Below, piece by piece: positions 59,862 through 64,000 of a DNA stretch of 64,000 nt. The DNA comes from Gordius albopunctatus (Eukaryota), in the NCBI GenBank assembly GCA_964276515.1, contig OZ193910.1, positions 1,984,001 to 2,048,000 of the forward strand, in the 5' to 3' direction. Made by a program: the position numbers and the translations under genes. The notes below the pieces were generated by a model. It was not told the DNA's origin and made no database searches. It saw nothing but the letters and a program-made list of their open reading frames with translations. The stretch's first letter is position 1. Each line of letters starts with the position of its first letter.

Positions 59862-62800
59862 TAAACCAATAGGAACATTTTGCAATTTCGACGTGTAGTG
59901 CATACAATCTAATGTAAACTTAGGAATATTTGGCAATTTCTGCGTATAGTGCAGAATATCTAATTGAGAATTTAAACGTATTCTCCCGCTATTTAGATTA
60001 ATCCATGGATTTAAGATTCTTTCGCAATTTAGATTTAACCTTCTAACGGAAGTTTTCTCACCATTTTTGAATATCCTATTTTTTATACCATTTTTGAATA
60101 TCTATACTAATTTTAGATATCTTATTATATTATTAGATCTTATTTTCAAAAATCCTATTTTTGAATATCTAACCCATTTTTATATATTCAATATTTAAAT
60201 TTTATTTTCAAATTTGCTATGCGACATACTCCTCATATGACATCAAGTACATTTTAGGGTCTAGATTTTTTATCAGCTTTTTTTCTGATCAGCTTTTTTT
60301 TAAATAGAAACGTTAGAATCAAGAAAGGATTAGGGTAAAAACATGTAAAAAAATGGAGAATGTTAATGGGTAAGATCATAGACTATAGTCTATGGGTAAG
60401 ATACGTATTTCTAAATTGGAATCTATTAATAACAATAACAAATAAAATGTTATACAATAAATTTTCTAAATTTTTTTGTATAAAAATTAAATAAATTTAA
60501 AATTATGACAATGTCACCTGTGCAACATAAGAAAATTTGGATACGATTTTTAAATTGTTAAATTCAAGACGCCTTTTAGAAGATGGGTTAAAAGAATAAA
60601 ATTAACGACTACTTTCTTAAATTTTATTATATTCTTCATAATAAATAAATTAATACAAAAGTTAATTATATTAATTTATTGCATTTAGTTGATATAATTA
60701 AAAATAAAAAAGTAAAATAAATTGTATTGATTTAGCGCCATCTATAAGTTATTTTGTTATTTATATGTTCATTTTAATTTAAAATATTTTTAGCACGAGC
60801 CAATTATATATTTTTTGGCAATAATTTATCCTTAAAATCCATTATTTAAAATTAAAATATTTTATTTAGTTTCCAAACTGTCTAGTTAGAAAATAGTTTT
60901 TTGTGTTTCAAGGCCTGTTTTCTCAATCATAAAGCTTTGATTTCTATGTCCCACTATGGTCAAAAAATTATAAATATCTGAAAAAAGTTAAAGTTTAAAC
61001 TATAGCAAATGTTTTAGGCAGAATATTCTCTTTTAGCTGAATTTATTAAATAAATACTTGATGTTTCTTGTCATCGATTCTACTCTTGTAATCGTAGCAC
61101 AACTCATTCGGCAAACTATTTTTTTGCAGTAGCACCGAAATGGTCGACCAATTTTCTTTTTTTAAGCCTTGAGGCGTTCCTTTAAGGCGCGTCGTCGAGT
61201 GGCATCCAATCTATGCGTTAGTTATATAAATTTTGTATCACTAAATATTTCCAATAAAAAGTAAAAAATGCATTGACAAGACTTCTATTTACGATAATTG
61301 TTCTTTGATAAACAAAAATTGCAAAAGCATTATGTGCTTATATTCATTTGCTATGTATTTTGTTCTTAAAACTCAACTCCTCATCCGAGTCTTAAGCCTA
61401 CTCACCTAGGACAATAAGCTTGGGGCTGACATAAATATATCAAAGAAGTAAGCACATTTATCATAATTAGATCATGAGAAATTTGTATGAAATTTTGACT
61501 TCTACAAAAACTTTTCATTAAAATTAATAGTTTCCTATCATGTGGATTTTATTGTAAAATCTAATAAGGAGGGGAAGGGGAGTAATTATGGATAACTTGA
61601 GGAAAGGATAGTTGCTAACTTTAAAAAAGGATAGTTGCTAATTGTTAAAAACTTGAAGAGATATGTGAGTTATAATTATGTACCTTTCAGATTAAACTTA
61701 TGTCGCAAAAATGACGACCATTTCATGTATGCTGCGAACTGAGTTTCGACCCAGTTTGCAAACACAGTGAAGCTTAATTTCGGCTTATTTGTCCAAATTA
61801 CCATTTGGAGGTATTTATTATGTATAATTTATATTGATTTTATATAAATCATTGCAATTAAAAATTGTTATATATTAAAATAACAAATGTCCTAATATTT
61901 ATTAATAATCTTATAAGATCTTAATTCTTGTCTTTATTGTAATAATTACAAAATTTTGAATTAAAAAACAAATTTTTGAACTTTTAGTTGCTGGATAATA
62001 TATATACCATCAAAGAATTATTACATTTGCACCTATGTATGCAACAAAAAATTGTCTCTGGTTTTATTCTCTATTTTGTTATTTTTAGAAATGCTTAATT
62101 ATTGTATTGTTTTCAAAGTTGTACACTGTACAATATGAAAAGGAATTTTTAATATTTAAGACATTTGTCTGAGTTTAATTTTAGCTTCAAAAGTGCTTAA
62201 ACTCCTATTCTAGCAGACATTAATTTCTTGGCAACTTAGTAGATGGTATCTACCAGTTTTGTTGATTAAAATAGATTTATTGATTTGAATTTGAGCATGC
62301 TGTTTGCCAGTTTGCTTTTTTTCAGAATATTTTTTACACAAGATATAACATGGCAAATCATATTGTGGGTTGCACTTATTTATAGATATTTGATTTATCA
62401 AATCACTCTAAATTTTGTATATAGAAAATTATATTTTAGAATGCTTTTTACATTAATGAAAAATATATGTTAATTAACAGGTTATATATATGCTGAGTAA
62501 TAATGACAGTTTAAAATAATGCTTAACAATTAATTAATTAGTATATTTTTACTATTTAAAAAGTTTTTGGCCTTTTTAATCTTGTAAATTGCTTTCAACT
62601 ATAATGTACAAAGATTCGCTTAAGATTACATTGAATCTTATTACTATTATTAAAACAATGCATTTTGTCAAAAAATTAAAGCACTCTATTGAACAATTAT
62701 TTAGGGGAGACTAGAAAAGCTGTAAAACTACTTTTTGAATTTCTTATAGAATTTATCCAATTAACCTAATTTTATTGTTTAAAAGGAATCATCAAGGTAT

Positions 62801-63140
62801 TCAAAATGTTCATCAATAAATATTGTAATAAATATTTATTAGCATCGAGATTTGTTATTATTCAAAACAATAACTTTTTCTCTAATGAGATCACAACTAA
62901 TTCTTTGCTCTATAAATGAAGGTTGACCTGATAAAAAGTCCAAACATCAACAATTTTTCCATTTTTATGTCAATTATATCTTTGCTATTGTCTTGAAGAG
63001 GTTCACAGCTGGCAATATATTATATCTTTATTAATTTATAAATAGTTAAACGAGAAGCAATTATTATCATTTTTTACCAAATATGTCTATTTTATTAGAC
63101 AACTAGGTGATCATTCAATATCAGTGTTTTAGAGTGATCT

Positions 63141-64000
63141 ATGGTGTTTTCTCACATATACTACTGGATAAAATTTAATTTTGTATCGCCCGAGACCACA
63201 CCCGACATATGTAATGGCGTCATGTTCGACCCGCTCTTCGGGTTCGAAAATGGTGTCAGACCGATAAGAGAACCACTGTCCGTAGCTAAGCACGAAGCAT
63301 CCAACCTGCCCTTCAACACTCGCGATTATTGTATGGAATATCAGTTGGCTTACCAAAAATGTCGCCGGCAAACTTTTCCCTTAGTCGCTAAGAAATGCAA
63401 AATTCTGGTGCACGAACTATCGGAATGCCACTACAGGTGGCGTTTGAATCTTTAATTTCGACCCAAATTTTTTGATATCTTACTTGTGTCAAGTTTTGGT
63501 TTTTATATTACTTTATTTATAGTTTTTTACAACACTGTACTCTACTAGAAATCGTTAAGCCTTTCAAACGAATCAACTATCATAGGAATTAAGTATGACG
63601 GTTTTAAAAGAGATTTATCGTTTATCCAACTATCGTCATAAATTTGGACATATGGCTTTAAACGTATTATAGGTTTCACATCATGTTATTTCTTTTACCT
63701 CACCAATTGTATCTTAAAAATATGAAACAACCTTTCTTTTTGCATATTTTTATAACATTTGGTAGCGGGGGTGGGGCAAAAATGATTTAGAAAGGGGCAA
63801 AATGATCATTTTTTGAAATTTCACCCATGATATATGGATTTAGAGGGCCCCCCTTCCTAGCTACGCCCATGTTTTGGGTCATAGCTACCAATTTTTAGCT
63901 TGGTTGACTTTAGAAAATCAGGATTATTTTATGGAATTTATTATTTGCAGGGATTACGTGATAAGGGTGAAGGAATTTGAAAGGGAACGAAGGCTTATGG
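63141..64000 (+). CDS. NDUFB7: NADH dehydrogenase 1 beta subcomplex subunit 7 (B18), partial
   Basis: Exon 63141-63436 FDPLFGF..RDYC..YQKCRRQTFP..C..HELSEC (twin CX9C-like); phase-2 intron 63437-63950; exon DYVIRVKEFERERRLM runs to the window end. Confidence 0.92.

Overview
AT-rich eukaryotic (invertebrate metazoan) genomic window with spliced genes and many transposon relics. Genes: LRP11-like MANSC+LDLa gene (-, 3' end unresolved), ALKBH3 (-), YLPM1/ZAP3 (-, about 16 exons), two secreted proteins with a 4-Cys chitin-binding-like module (+), an intronless HLX homeobox (-), prohormone convertase 2 (PCSK2, -, 13 exons) and NDUFB7 (+, cut by the window end). Mobile DNA: a full-length decayed RTE LINE with an 18-bp TSD, RTE fragments, a CRE-like RLE remnant, a hAT relic with a nested MULE-like piece, a piggyBac-like MITE and an abundant GC-ended MITE family with 8-bp TSDs. 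Most unusual items: (1) an ~860-bp mini-LTR element (PBS, PPT, two ~140-bp LTRs) whose only ORF is an Arg-rich CCHC-knuckle protein; (2) a structured island upstream of ALKBH3 with H/ACA-like and template-like features; (3) two chitin-binding-like paralogues, each tail-to-tail with HLX or PC2, one carrying a KRRKR-released Gly/Tyr peptide; (4) a PC2 intron made almost entirely of ~167 TAAA units; (5) 13-18 bp palindromic CATAGA transposon footprints with 8-bp TSDs. All calls were made by eye; no database searches were run.
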